Below, in pieces: positions 1-7,400 of a stretch of 7,785 nt of DNA. The DNA comes from a virus (taxonomy: Duplodnaviria > Heunggongvirae > Uroviricota > Caudoviricetes), in IMG/VR virus record IMGVR_UViG_2703718848_000004, one strand, 5' to 3'. The notes under the pieces were generated by a model. The model saw nothing but the letters and a program-made list of their open reading frames with translations, was not told the origin of the DNA and made no database searches. The first letter of the stretch is position 1, and every line of letters begins with the position of its first letter. The position numbers were made by a program, and so were the translations under genes.

Positions 1-128
1 TTCTGCTCATTACAGAAAAAGTAGCGATCCCCGCCTACCTCGGTCAGGTCGATTTCCCAGAGCACCACGCTGGCCGACTGCTCCGCACGAATGCATTCAT
101 TCAGCGTTTCCTGTTGTATGTCCTGCAT
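1..128 (-). CDS. L: minor tail protein L, N-terminal fragment (continues past the left edge of the window)
   Basis: Minus-strand ATG at 128..126 overlaps the TGA stop of the upstream gene (ATGA). Hand translation gives [42 protein letters not shown]..., nearly identical to the lambda L N-terminus as I recall it. The frame stays open to position 1. Confidence 0.85.
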   Translation of the reverse strand, partial: MQDIQQETLNECIRAEQSASVVLWEIDLTEVGGDRYFFCNEQ

Positions 129-466
129 CAGATCACCACTTCGTCAAACTGACACGAAAAATCGGTATAGGTGATATGTTCTGTCGCTGACCACGTTCGA
201 CACACCACTCTGATTTTTCTGTTAATACCCGGCGGGCGCCAAAAAAAAGATTTATAGCCTTCATGCCGGGCTAAAAATTTTTCAAATGAATCACGTTCAT
301 TCGCCTCAACTTTGAAATCACAGGTGAAAACGCGCAGAGAATGATTAAGTCCATTTGGACTTCGTTGCTCATAACCATCGCCAAATCTTACAGTTTTTAT
401 CGATGGTTTATTTTCTGTTTTCATTCCATCCTCTGGTAACCAGTGAAATTCTTCCGTATTAGCCAC
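128..466 (-). CDS. M: minor tail protein M
   Basis: 112-aa ORF. The segment [35 protein letters not shown] and the C-terminal FDEVVI align with lambda M (FRWKVKPGM...VRKVRFGDGYSQRAPAGLN...FEQVVN, from memory). The start is GTG at 466..464, directly after an in-frame TAA, with a GGGGGA Shine-Dalgarno 7 nt upstream. It overlaps the end of the tape measure gene by 8 nt and the start of L by ATGA. Confidence 0.9.
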   Translation of the reverse strand: MANTEEFHWLPEDGMKTENKPSIKTVRFGDGYEQRSPNGLNHSLRVFTCDFKVEANERDSFEKFLARHEGYKSFFWRPPGINRKIRVVCRTWSATEHITYTDFSCQFDEVVI

Positions 467-3400
467 TTAACATTCCCCCATCACGTCGCATATTTAACAG
501 ATTGCCCTGCACCCGCTGATCAACCATCCCCATAAGTGCTTTTATTGCCTGAGGGCCAATCTCTCCATTCTGGCCGTCATTTTGAATAGTGATTTGGTAT
601 ACAGGGGCATAGGTAATATCTCCGCCTCCATTACCACTTTTACTATTAATAGCTCTGACACCAAGAGAACCATCGGAAGTTCGTGTTAATGGCATAATGG
701 CTTCCGGACCAGCCTCACCAAAAACACCAGCCCCTCTTGCAAAAGCAAAAAATTGCGGGGAATCATAAATACCGTTCGAATACGTGTTCAATGACGGAGA
801 CTCATAAACACCGCCCTTTGCATTCGGAATAAATTTACTAATAGCACTCCCGATAGTTCCTAAAATCCCCCCAGAAGAACTGTTACTAATGCTGTCGAAA
901 ATCCCAGTAATTGAAGCCTTTAATGCTATTCGACTAAGATCCGAAATCACGGAAGTAGCGAAAGAACGAAAATTTGCCTTGCCTGTCGTGACAAAATCAC
1001 CCAACGCATCGGTCATTCCATCAAACATCTGAGTCGTGGTTGATTTTATCTGCTCACTGATATCCTTAGTGTCATCCAGCCAGTTATTGAATCCCTGGGA
1101 GGCACCACTAACCCAGTCTCCTGCCTGAATATCGAGCTGCTCGTTTTTCTGTCTGACAATTTCTTTTTCTCGTTCCAGAGCATCATTCAGAGCCTGCATT
1201 TTCTCCTGAAAAACATGATTTGACATCCCACGGGATTTATCTGCATAGTCACGTTCAAGTTGCAGACGCTGATTGTTATATTCACGTTCAATCCGCAGTA
1301 ATTCCTGCTGGCGTTGCTGATTTTTATCGCCAACCCCATAACCAGCAATCTGAATATCATACCCCTGTTGACGATTATCAATCGAAGCCTGCAATGAATC
1401 ACGCCATGCAGCTATTTCGGCGGATTCCTTGATTAGCCTGTTATTTTTTTCAATCGCAACATTTTTCTCCATCAACGCGGTTATTTCTTCCCGGTGTAAG
1501 AGAAGCGATTTCTGATCCTGGGTTAATTTCGATGACGGTCGTGACTCCAGGTCGGCAATCTGCTGACGCCACTTAACCAGTTCCTGTTCAGAGGAACTTA
1601 ATTTAACGGTTAATTCAGTTTGTGAACTTAGTAACGCATTCTGTTGATTCAGATGATCAATCATTCGTTGGGCAGCATCATCCGAATAACCTTTCGCCTT
1701 TGGTTGCTTTGGATCTTTATAACGCTCATTTATTTGAGCGATAAAATTATTATATTCTTCCTTTGAATACTGACTCTTTAGCTTTTCCAGTTTTGCAAGT
1801 TCACTAGCTCTCTGCTGCTCCCGGGTCTGATATTGTTTTGAAAAGGCATCTGCTCTCTGTCTGAGTTCAATTCCTTCCTGTTGTCGCTTGTTGTAATCGT
1901 TTATTGATGAATTTAGGACGTCCTGAGCAATTTTTTCTGCTTGAAGTACGCCCAATTGCTGCTTTAATCGTGCCAGCCTTTTATTTTGAGCTCCGCCATC
2001 TCCAATGCCACCTAACCCGGAAACTCCGGGTCGGGTATTTTTTTCTATTTCATCAATTTGACGGAGAACATCTGAGATTTTTTGATCAAGGGAGGCCTCA
2101 CGGCCAATATCCAGCATGGAATCCCATGCCCATTTTGCGGAGTCTGCGACAGCTTTCCATGCAGTCTCAAGATAACCAAGATTTTCTTTAATCTGGTTGG
2201 TGCGCTGGATCATTGAGGATGAGTATGCTTCTGTCGCAATGCGGGCGGCCTCCTGCTGGTTCCCTTCATCCTGTAGCGCCTTAATCTGGTTATAAGTCGC
2301 AATTGTCAGAAAATGGTACTGATCATTAAGTTTTGATATGGCACTGACAGGATCCTTTGCAATTTCATTGAAGTCATTAACCAGTTGTTCGGTTGATATT
2401 CCTGTTACTTCGCTCGTTTTTACTATCGCTGTCGTCACTTGCTCCAGCGAACTGCTCGCTACCTTTCCCGAACGCACAAGCTGGTTTAATACTGCCGCCG
2501 CAGCGCCAGTTGTCGAATCAGCCGCATTCCCGGCACGTTGAGCTATATCGGCCAATTGCCCGCTGGTTGTCCCCAACTGATTTCCGGTAAGAATAAGAGA
2601 TTTATTAAATTCGTCCTGCTCCTGAGAGCCTTTATAGTAAGCCAGCCCTAAGACGCCAACGGCTGCTGCGGCCAGGGTAAAAGGATTAATTAATCCCAGC
2701 ACATAAGAACCAACACCTTTGATCGCCGGGCCAATCCCACCGAACATATCTTTTAGCTGGCCGCCCTGCTGCATTAACACCATAAAAGGCGACTGACCAG
2801 TGGACAACCCAACAACAATATCCGTTATTTGTGCAGGCAACATGCGCATAGCAAAAGCCGTTTGTTTTGCCGACATTCCGGTTTTGCTTAATTGAGATTG
2901 AGTAACCTCAAGCTCACTCCGCATAGCACGAAGTTTTCCAGAAAGTTCCTCATACATTTCAGGAGAGAGCATCCCCTTAGCTTTTGCTTCATTGAGCTGT
3001 TTCTGTTGTTCTACCAGACGATTAAAAGCAGTTCCGACAGGGTCAAGTTGAGCAATCAGACGTTGCAAAGCAGCAACCTGTTCATCATGCGCTTTTGCTG
3101 CTTCTCGCTCTGCCTGAGCCTCTCCGGTAAGCTCTCGCCGTGTTTCCTGTATTTTTCGGCTATAATTCTCAAACTGAGAACCATTTATTTTCCCGGATGC
3201 AAACGCAGCATTAAGTTCATCCTGCTGTTGTTCAAGATTTCTTAGCGCCGCAACCAGAGGGTCGATCTTGTCCAGCATTCTTTGAAAGGCCTGAGCCTGC
3301 GATTCCTGCTGGGCGGCAGCAAGTTTTCCGGCCTTCTCGGCTTCTCTCTGCGCTTGCGCAACCCCGCTCAATTCCTCTGTGGTTTCATTAAGTTTACGGA

Positions 3401-3664
3401 CAAGAAATTCATATTCTTCTTTATCAATAAGCCCTTTATCGAAAAATTTCTTTAATTCAGANNNNNNNNNNNNNNNNNNNNNNNNNNNNNNNNNNNNNNN
3501 NNNNNNNNNNNNNNNNNNNNNNNNNNNGTCACTTTCCCTGCGCTATTTGCAGCAGTTTCCCCGGCCTGCGTCATTTTGACTAATGAGGAGGTCAGATTGT
3601 CAGCATTATTTTTTGCTCCAGTGCTATCAATAATTATTGCGAGACGCGAGGTTTGCTCTGCCAT
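459..3664 (-). CDS. H: tail tape measure protein (lambda H-like), interrupted by an assembly gap
   Basis: The 970-aa ORF 459..3371 stays open upstream to the N-run by hand translation (the listed start at 3371 is an internal TTG). A 45-codon N-terminal piece, [20 protein letters not shown]..., begins at ATG 3664..3662 on the far side of the gap. The protein carries lambda H-like motifs ([41 protein letters not shown] versus lambda [40 protein letters not shown]), a long Q/E/K/R-rich coiled-coil-like region, a hydrophobic segment and a lambda-like C-terminus ([16 protein letters not shown]...RRDGGMLSG). It sits immediately upstream of M. Confidence 0.9.
3462..3527. other. run of 66 N (assembly gap or masked bases) inside the tape measure gene
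   Basis: Contiguous N characters. The open reading frames on either side are in different phases (end coordinates 3371 and 3664 differ mod 3), so the N count probably does not equal the true missing length. Confidence 0.95.
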
Positions 3665-3680
3665 TTATTAAAACTCCAGA

Positions 3681-3708
3681 CAACAAAAAGCCCACCGAAG
3701 TGGGTTTC
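3681..3708 (-). terminator. rho-independent terminator-like hairpin 20 nt upstream of the tape measure start
   Basis: Minus-strand RNA reads GAAACCCAC-UUCG-GUGGGCUUUUUGUUGU: a 5-bp GC-rich stem (CCCAC/GUGGG) closed on a cUUCGg tetraloop, followed by a U-tract. The GGAG Shine-Dalgarno and the ATG of the tape measure gene follow directly. Confidence 0.6.
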
Positions 3709-3827
3709 AGGCGACATAATAGTAGATATAGCGATTACGAGGCCACGCAATGCTTTTCTCCAGGAGCATCATCGATTTAATTAAAGACACCATCACATCT
3801 CTGTAACAGAGTGTACGTAATTAACAA

Positions 3828-4597
3828 CTACACACACTGCTCCTGAAAATACTGGTCATCCAGTGCAAAGATCACTGCTTCAAACTCATCGCGCTCAATC
3901 AATACCGGATGAGTGGCTAAATATTCATTTATCTCTGTCAGAGATAAAGGCAAAGGCACCCCGGTCATTCCAGCATAACGTCGGGCACGGGATATTACCG
4001 AATAGGCGTACAACAATTCCTTAAGCACCGGGTCTATTTCTGGTTCCGGTATCGGTGGCAACCTGAGTTTTTCTCGCTTCCATCTTGCCTTTTCCCCCCT
4101 TTCTCCCCCGAACTCCGATAACCACCGCTGGGCGGCTATGGCTTTTTTATCGTATCCTGCTTCTGCTGCTCTTTACCCTGGGCGATGCTGGCTGCTTCTG
4201 CAAGGATCTGCCAGTACAACTCTGGATTCTGCTTAAGCAGCGCGATCCCTCGTTCTGGCGTATATTCCAGTGCAACCTCAGCACCATTAACCAGTTCACC
4301 AACCCCTTTCCAGTCTTTCAGCAGATAACGAGCAGCATTATCAATGAGTAAATCATCAACAGAATCTACCTCGGAAACCTTTGAAATATCAAACTCCTTC
4401 GTTCCGACGTGCAAACTGGCATCCATTTTCTCAATGTGACGACGGATTAATGCATTACGGGAGCGATACTGATCGTTATCGCTGCTTGCCACCAACAGTT
4501 TTAACCCGTCTACAGGTTTTAAGTCCTTCATTGGCGTAAACCAGCGTTCTCCACCGATGATAATTTTCTGATTAAGAATAAACATCCATAACCTCAT
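3828..4597 (-). CDS. tail assembly chaperone G-T fusion, made by a programmed -1 ribosomal frameshift
   Basis: The 77-aa ORF 3828..4061 is in the -1 frame relative to the 153-aa ORF 4136..4597 (its listed start is an internal TTG). Hand translation shows its frame open upstream through the end of G. A slippery heptamer A_AAA_AAG lies 1 codon before the G stop, giving ...QDTIKK|AIAAQRWLSEFGGERGEKARWKREKLRLPPIPEPEIDPV.... This is the conserved G/GT arrangement upstream of the tape measure gene. Confidence 0.75.
4136..4597 (-). CDS. tail assembly chaperone (lambda G analogue), zero-frame product
   Basis: 153-aa ORF directly between the major tail gene and the tape measure gene, ending 2 codons after a slippery site. 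The start is ambiguous: ATG at 4597 (preceded by GGGGGA) or ATG at 4585 (preceded by GAGG), giving MRLWMFILNQ... or MFILNQ.... I see no clear sequence similarity to lambda G; the call rests on position and the frameshift architecture. Confidence 0.75.
   Translation of the reverse strand: MRLWMFILNQKIIIGGERWFTPMKDLKPVDGLKLLVASSDNDQYRSRNALIRRHIEKMDASLHVGTKEFDISKVSEVDSVDDLLIDNAARYLLKDWKGVGELVNGAEVALEYTPERGIALLKQNPELYWQILAEAASIAQGKEQQKQDTIKKP
4142..4148 (-). other. -1 frameshift slippery heptamer A_AAA_AAG
   Basis: Plus strand is ctttttt at 4142..4148, so the mRNA reads A AAA AAG with AAA and AAG in the G zero frame (ATA AAA AAG CCA TAG). After a -1 slip the reading continues GCC ATA GCC GCC CAG... 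into the T frame. Confidence 0.7.
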
Positions 4598-4606
4598 TCA
4601 ATGCGT

Positions 4607-4633
4607 CCCCCTGTAGTGCAGTACCACAGGGGG
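4607..4633 (-). promoter_or_regulatory. GC-rich hairpin between the major tail gene and the chaperone gene, overlapping the chaperone ribosome-binding site
   Basis: A perfect 8-bp inverted repeat, ccccctgt (4607..4614) and acaggggg (4626..4633), plus about 3 more inner pairs and a 3-nt loop. On the mRNA the 3' arm ACAGGGGG holds the G-run that is the only Shine-Dalgarno-like element upstream of the 4597 ATG. No U-tract follows. Confidence 0.5.
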
Positions 4634-4645
4634 AATAACGGAAAA

Positions 4646-5608
4646 TCAACTAATCGCATCAGCACTGGCTTTTGCGATCACGGCAGTCGGGGAGCATTTT
4701 TTTCTGGTTATCGTAGGTGCTTCATCTGCTGCGGTAATGCTCAATTGAACCTGGATAATGTCAGTATTACCCCCATCAGGCCATTCACCTGACACCTGAA
4801 CCTTCGGGAAACTGAAAGTGTATGCCCCCTCTCCATTCGAAAGCGTGAAGCTGAACGGAACTGTTTCTCCAGTCAGTGTTTTACTCCAGATTTCCCACGC
4901 GGCTTTAGACCATGAAAGCGTCACCGTACCGGACGGTGTAAAAGTAGTCGGAATATTTGCTCCTGCATAAGGCGAGCCAGTCCCGATACAACGCTGTGTC
5001 TGGAGTTTGTTATCGAACAGAATATCAAAACTGTCGATACAAAAACCGTTACCTCCGGCAACACCATTCAGGCTTACTGCTGAAACCTCCTTAAACGAAT
5101 AGCGTAACTTTCCTGCACTATCCACAGGTTCGCCTTTGATAAAATTCGTATCATCGGCCTTTGATTCCCAGCCCAGCCCGGCAAAGGTTACGGTCGCTGT
5201 AATATCGCCGTCGTTAGGGATCTGCATTTTCCATGAGCCAACCTGCGCTCCTCTGACGACAGAGGCAATTCCGACATCGGACGCATAGGTCGCCAGAGAA
5301 AATGTTATTCGCTCATTCCCCATTGTCAGAGAATCGCCTGACCATTCCGCGCCGAAACAGGATGCAAGAAAATCATCATGTTGACCCCAGCGAAATTTGG
5401 TACCAACATCACCGCCGACATCCACAGTGCCAGGCGTCGCCCCCTGAGCCATCCGGGAGCCACCAATCTCATTATTTTCGCCTTTATTCTGGGTGGGTTT
5501 TACTCCCCAGCTTGTGCGTTTTAATAAACTCCAGTCACCACTTGCTGGCGTAGTGCCTGCAACTGTCTCCCGGATAAATGCCGAGATAACCTTTGCACCT
5601 GAACTCAC
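4646..5608 (-). CDS. major tail (tube) protein, lambda V position
   Basis: 320-aa ORF between the tail terminator gene and the chaperone gene. It starts with GTG at 5608..5606, immediately after an in-frame TAG, with a perfect AGGAGG Shine-Dalgarno 5 nt upstream. Gly/Thr/Ser-rich, beta-type composition. I could not align it to lambda V from memory, so the function is assigned by position and size. Confidence 0.7.
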   Translation of the reverse strand: MSSGAKVISAFIRETVAGTTPASGDWSLLKRTSWGVKPTQNKGENNEIGGSRMAQGATPGTVDVGGDVGTKFRWGQHDDFLASCFGAEWSGDSLTMGNERITFSLATYASDVGIASVVRGAQVGSWKMQIPNDGDITATVTFAGLGWESKADDTNFIKGEPVDSAGKLRYSFKEVSAVSLNGVAGGNGFCIDSFDILFDNKLQTQRCIGTGSPYAGANIPTTFTPSGTVTLSWSKAAWEIWSKTLTGETVPFSFTLSNGEGAYTFSFPKVQVSGEWPDGGNTDIIQVQLSITAADEAPTITRKKCSPTAVIAKASADAIS

Positions 5609-5634
5609 AGGAGCCTCCTATGTCATTAATTGCG

Positions 5635-6027
5635 CTAGAGCGCGCGATATGGAATTTGAAGATTAAGCTGGAACCAGCCATTCTTTTCGCCGACGGCTAT
5701 TGAGGAAACAGCCTGGTAACTGAGACGATCGTCATCCTGAAACTCAAACAGTTCCCGCAATTTATCGGCTGTCTCAGTAATGAGTTTTGAACCAGAACCT
5801 GCGGGGACAAATAACTGAATAATGATTATCCCCGTGCGATAAACAACCGGCCCCGCGCCAATTTCATTAACTCCAGCCTGCCCGGGAATATTACTTAACC
5901 GCGCCCAGATTAACTTACCGGAAGGATCGAACGTTGGCCCGTTCGGATACAATACGTCTTTTCCATCAATAATCGTCTGTGCCGTCATTCTGGAAATAAC
6001 CGTATTTCTGATTTCAGTAAACTTCAT
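5635..6027 (-). CDS. tail terminator protein (resembles lambda U)
   Basis: 130-aa ORF directly upstream of the major tail gene. The N-terminus MKFTEIRNTVISRM and the segment GIIIIQLFVP resemble lambda U (MKHTELRAAVLDAL, ELHIEVFLP, from memory). Its ATG overlaps the upstream stop as ATGA. Confidence 0.7.
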   Translation of the reverse strand: MKFTEIRNTVISRMTAQTIIDGKDVLYPNGPTFDPSGKLIWARLSNIPGQAGVNEIGAGPVVYRTGIIIIQLFVPAGSGSKLITETADKLRELFEFQDDDRLSYQAVSSIAVGEKNGWFQLNLQIPYRAL

Positions 6028-6404
6028 TTGTAAGCCTGTAAAACACCATGAAAAGCGTTGGCATACACGCCAGTTGGCGCTTGTTGTGAATGACCGTTTT
6101 CAAGAGCCTCTGCATAAGGAAGGTTATTCTGGATATAAATAACCCCGTAATTTTCAGCTTTCGAAATAACCCCGATCCCACGCTGAACAGCAATCGTACC
6201 GTTCGGATCCACGTTATCAGATATACCAAAATCGGGATGCTGTAACGACACCAGGTTGTTATTTCTGAAACGTCCGGTATCAACCGGAGCAGCAATATCA
6301 ATAGCAGTAAGAATCTGCATAGCGATGTAGCGAATCTTCAGCCCTACATCTTCCTCAATCATCCCGGCAAATATTGACGGTTCTATATCCCATGCCTTTG
6401 CCAT
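6024..6404 (-). CDS. tail completion protein, HK97 gp10-like (lambda Z position)
   Basis: 126-aa ORF containing the motif APVDTGRFRNN, typical of HK97 gp10-family tail components as I recall them. It has an AAGGAGA Shine-Dalgarno 6 nt upstream of the ATG and abuts the upstream stop as TAAATG. Confidence 0.65.
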   Translation of the reverse strand: MAKAWDIEPSIFAGMIEEDVGLKIRYIAMQILTAIDIAAPVDTGRFRNNNLVSLQHPDFGISDNVDPNGTIAVQRGIGVISKAENYGVIYIQNNLPYAEALENGHSQQAPTGVYANAFHGVLQAYK

Positions 6405-6788
6405 TTACGCTCTCCTTAACTGGATAGAGTAAACTGATGCGGAAGGATCTACACTTGCTGTAATTACCTCGTATCGTTGTAACTGCCTTGATACAGGATC
6501 ATAAATCTCAATAATATGGTCGACAGCTGGTTTATCCGTAACCTCGCATACCAGAGCGGTTAATTTAAGGTCACCATGCAAAATATTAATCCCATCAATT
6601 CTGCCCAGCTTATAACGTGTCAACACGCCTCGCCCGGTATAGATTGCGGTGGATTCGCCGCCAGTTTCCGTCACAGGATCCCAGTGCCGGTGCGTAACGT
6701 AAGAACCAGAAAAATCACTCACGGCGTCCGCTAAATCCTCATCAAAAGCAGCGGCAACCTCTGACTGAATCTCTTCACGAAGCCCCAT
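6405..6788 (-). CDS. head-tail joining protein, putative (lambda FII position)
   Basis: 127-aa ORF that is translationally coupled on both sides (TAATG upstream, TAAATG downstream). The function is assigned by position in the head-to-tail gene order; sequence similarity to lambda FII is at best vague. Confidence 0.55.
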   Translation of the reverse strand: MGLREEIQSEVAAAFDEDLADAVSDFSGSYVTHRHWDPVTETGGESTAIYTGRGVLTRYKLGRIDGINILHGDLKLTALVCEVTDKPAVDHIIEIYDPVSRQLQRYEVITASVDPSASVYSIQLRRA

Positions 6789-7183
6789 TATCCCCCCCTC
6801 ACAACCCTGACTTGTGAGCGACTAAGTCCGTACGGTTTCAGCAGTGCTATCGCAAGCTGTAAATCGGGTTCAAGCAATGCAGTGCTGTTTGCTGGCAACT
6901 CAGAAAATGATTTCGATACACTGACCCCGTCAGCCGACACGGCTTTACTGATAACAACGCCAGAATCATTTTTCTGCTGAAACAACTTACCGAATGAGGC
7001 AATTCTGGCTGCATATGCTCCCGCAAGTTTTACCTCTTCCGGAATACGGGATGGGTTAATTTTCAGGTTGAAGCCATTAAGCCAGGCATTAGCCATTAAA
7101 ACAGCTTTATTTTTAGCGTTCTCACTCGTCCAGGCGTTCCCAAACGCATTATCAACGTCATCACAGGTCACGTAAGTGATCAT
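6788..7183 (-). CDS. head completion / head-tail connector protein, putative (lambda FI position)
   Basis: 131-aa ORF with an AGGAG Shine-Dalgarno 6 nt upstream of ATG 7183..7181. It is the first gene after the capsid region. The function is assigned by position only. Confidence 0.5.
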   Translation of the reverse strand: MITYVTCDDVDNAFGNAWTSENAKNKAVLMANAWLNGFNLKINPSRIPEEVKLAGAYAARIASFGKLFQQKNDSGVVISKAVSADGVSVSKSFSELPANSTALLEPDLQLAIALLKPYGLSRSQVRVVRGG

Positions 7184-7186
7184 GTG

Positions 7187-7363
7187 TTACTCCTGAGTTT
7201 TCCAGCCCATAGCCTTCCAGTTGTCAACTTCATCAGGATGAACATTAGCGATAGTTGGTGCGCCGGGAAACATCTGATAATCGGTCACCATAACCACTAA
7301 CTCAATTTGCGTTTTTTGTGCGGCTTCACGCTGTGCTCTTTGCTCTTTAGTTAATCCGGCCAT
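7187..7363 (-). CDS. candidate small ORF (58 aa) of unknown function, not in the supplied ORF track
   Basis: Hand translation from ATG 7363..7361 to TAA 7189..7187 gives MAGLTKEQRAQREAAQKTQIELVVMVTDYQMFPGAPTIANVHPDEVDNWKAMGWKTQE. It fills a gap of about 220 bp that is otherwise non-coding. A G-run sits just upstream of the ATG. The stop is 3 nt before the next gene's start and the AGGAG of that gene lies inside the ORF's last codons. Confidence 0.4.
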   Translation of the reverse strand: MAGLTKEQRAQREAAQKTQIELVVMVTDYQMFPGAPTIANVHPDEVDNWKAMGWKTQE

Positions 7364-7372
7364 ATGCCCCCC

Positions 7373-7400
7373 ATTAAAAATGGGGCCGAAGCCCCGTTTG
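7373..7400 (-). terminator. rho-independent terminator-like hairpin directly after the probable capsid gene
   Basis: Minus-strand RNA reads CAAACGGGGC-UUCG-GCCCCAUUUUUAAU: a 5-bp G/C stem on a cUUCGg tetraloop followed by a U-tract, starting 6 nt after the TAA stop at 7408..7406. Confidence 0.6.

Noticed and set aside
1220-3245. Plus-strand ORFs of 65-117 aa (1220..1432, 1904..2191, 2338..2541, 2393..2590, 2892..3245) and a minus-strand ORF at 1187..1402, all inside the tape measure gene
   Set aside because: They are fully embedded in a 3.2-kb gene with clear homology-like motifs. Their translations are low-complexity and rich in Leu/Ser/Phe/Arg, as expected for off-frame reads, and none has a convincing ribosome-binding site.
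3462-3527. The N-run as a biological feature such as a deletion boundary or insertion site
   Set aside because: A run of N is an assembly or masking artefact. The flanking sequence on both sides is tape measure coding sequence, so the simplest reading is an unresolved stretch inside a single gene.
3379-3579. Plus-strand ORF 3379..3579 running through the N-run
   Set aside because: A third of its translation is X from the masked bases and the rest is antisense to the tape measure N-terminus. It is an artefact of the gap.
3712-3777. 21-codon minus-strand ORF (MMLLEKSIAWPRNRYIYYYVA) inside the GT-H spacer
   Set aside because: It has no Shine-Dalgarno, an odd composition, and is very short. It is more likely a chance open frame in AT-rich spacer than a gene, though Ribo-seq could overturn this.
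4089-4110. 22-nt homopyrimidine (plus) / homopurine (minus) tract, ccttttcccccctttctccccc
   Set aside because: It lies inside the T-frame coding sequence (translated as ...FGGERGEKA...) and is most simply explained by codon choice for a Gly/Glu/Lys/Arg-rich linker. It may add ribosome pausing near the frameshift site, but I cannot support an independent function.
4085-5553. Plus-strand ORFs 4085..4351, 4601..4792 and 5302..5553
   Set aside because: They are antisense to the chaperone and major tail genes. The first is driven by the homopyrimidine run at 4089..4110, and none has a start context or coding-like composition.
6014-6301. Minus-strand 95-aa ORF 6014..6301 in an alternative frame
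   Set aside because: It lies wholly inside the 126-aa HK97 gp10-like gene in another phase, and its translation is hydrophobic and Leu/Ile/Phe-rich in a way typical of out-of-frame reads. The 6024..6404 frame has the ribosome-binding site and the conserved motif.
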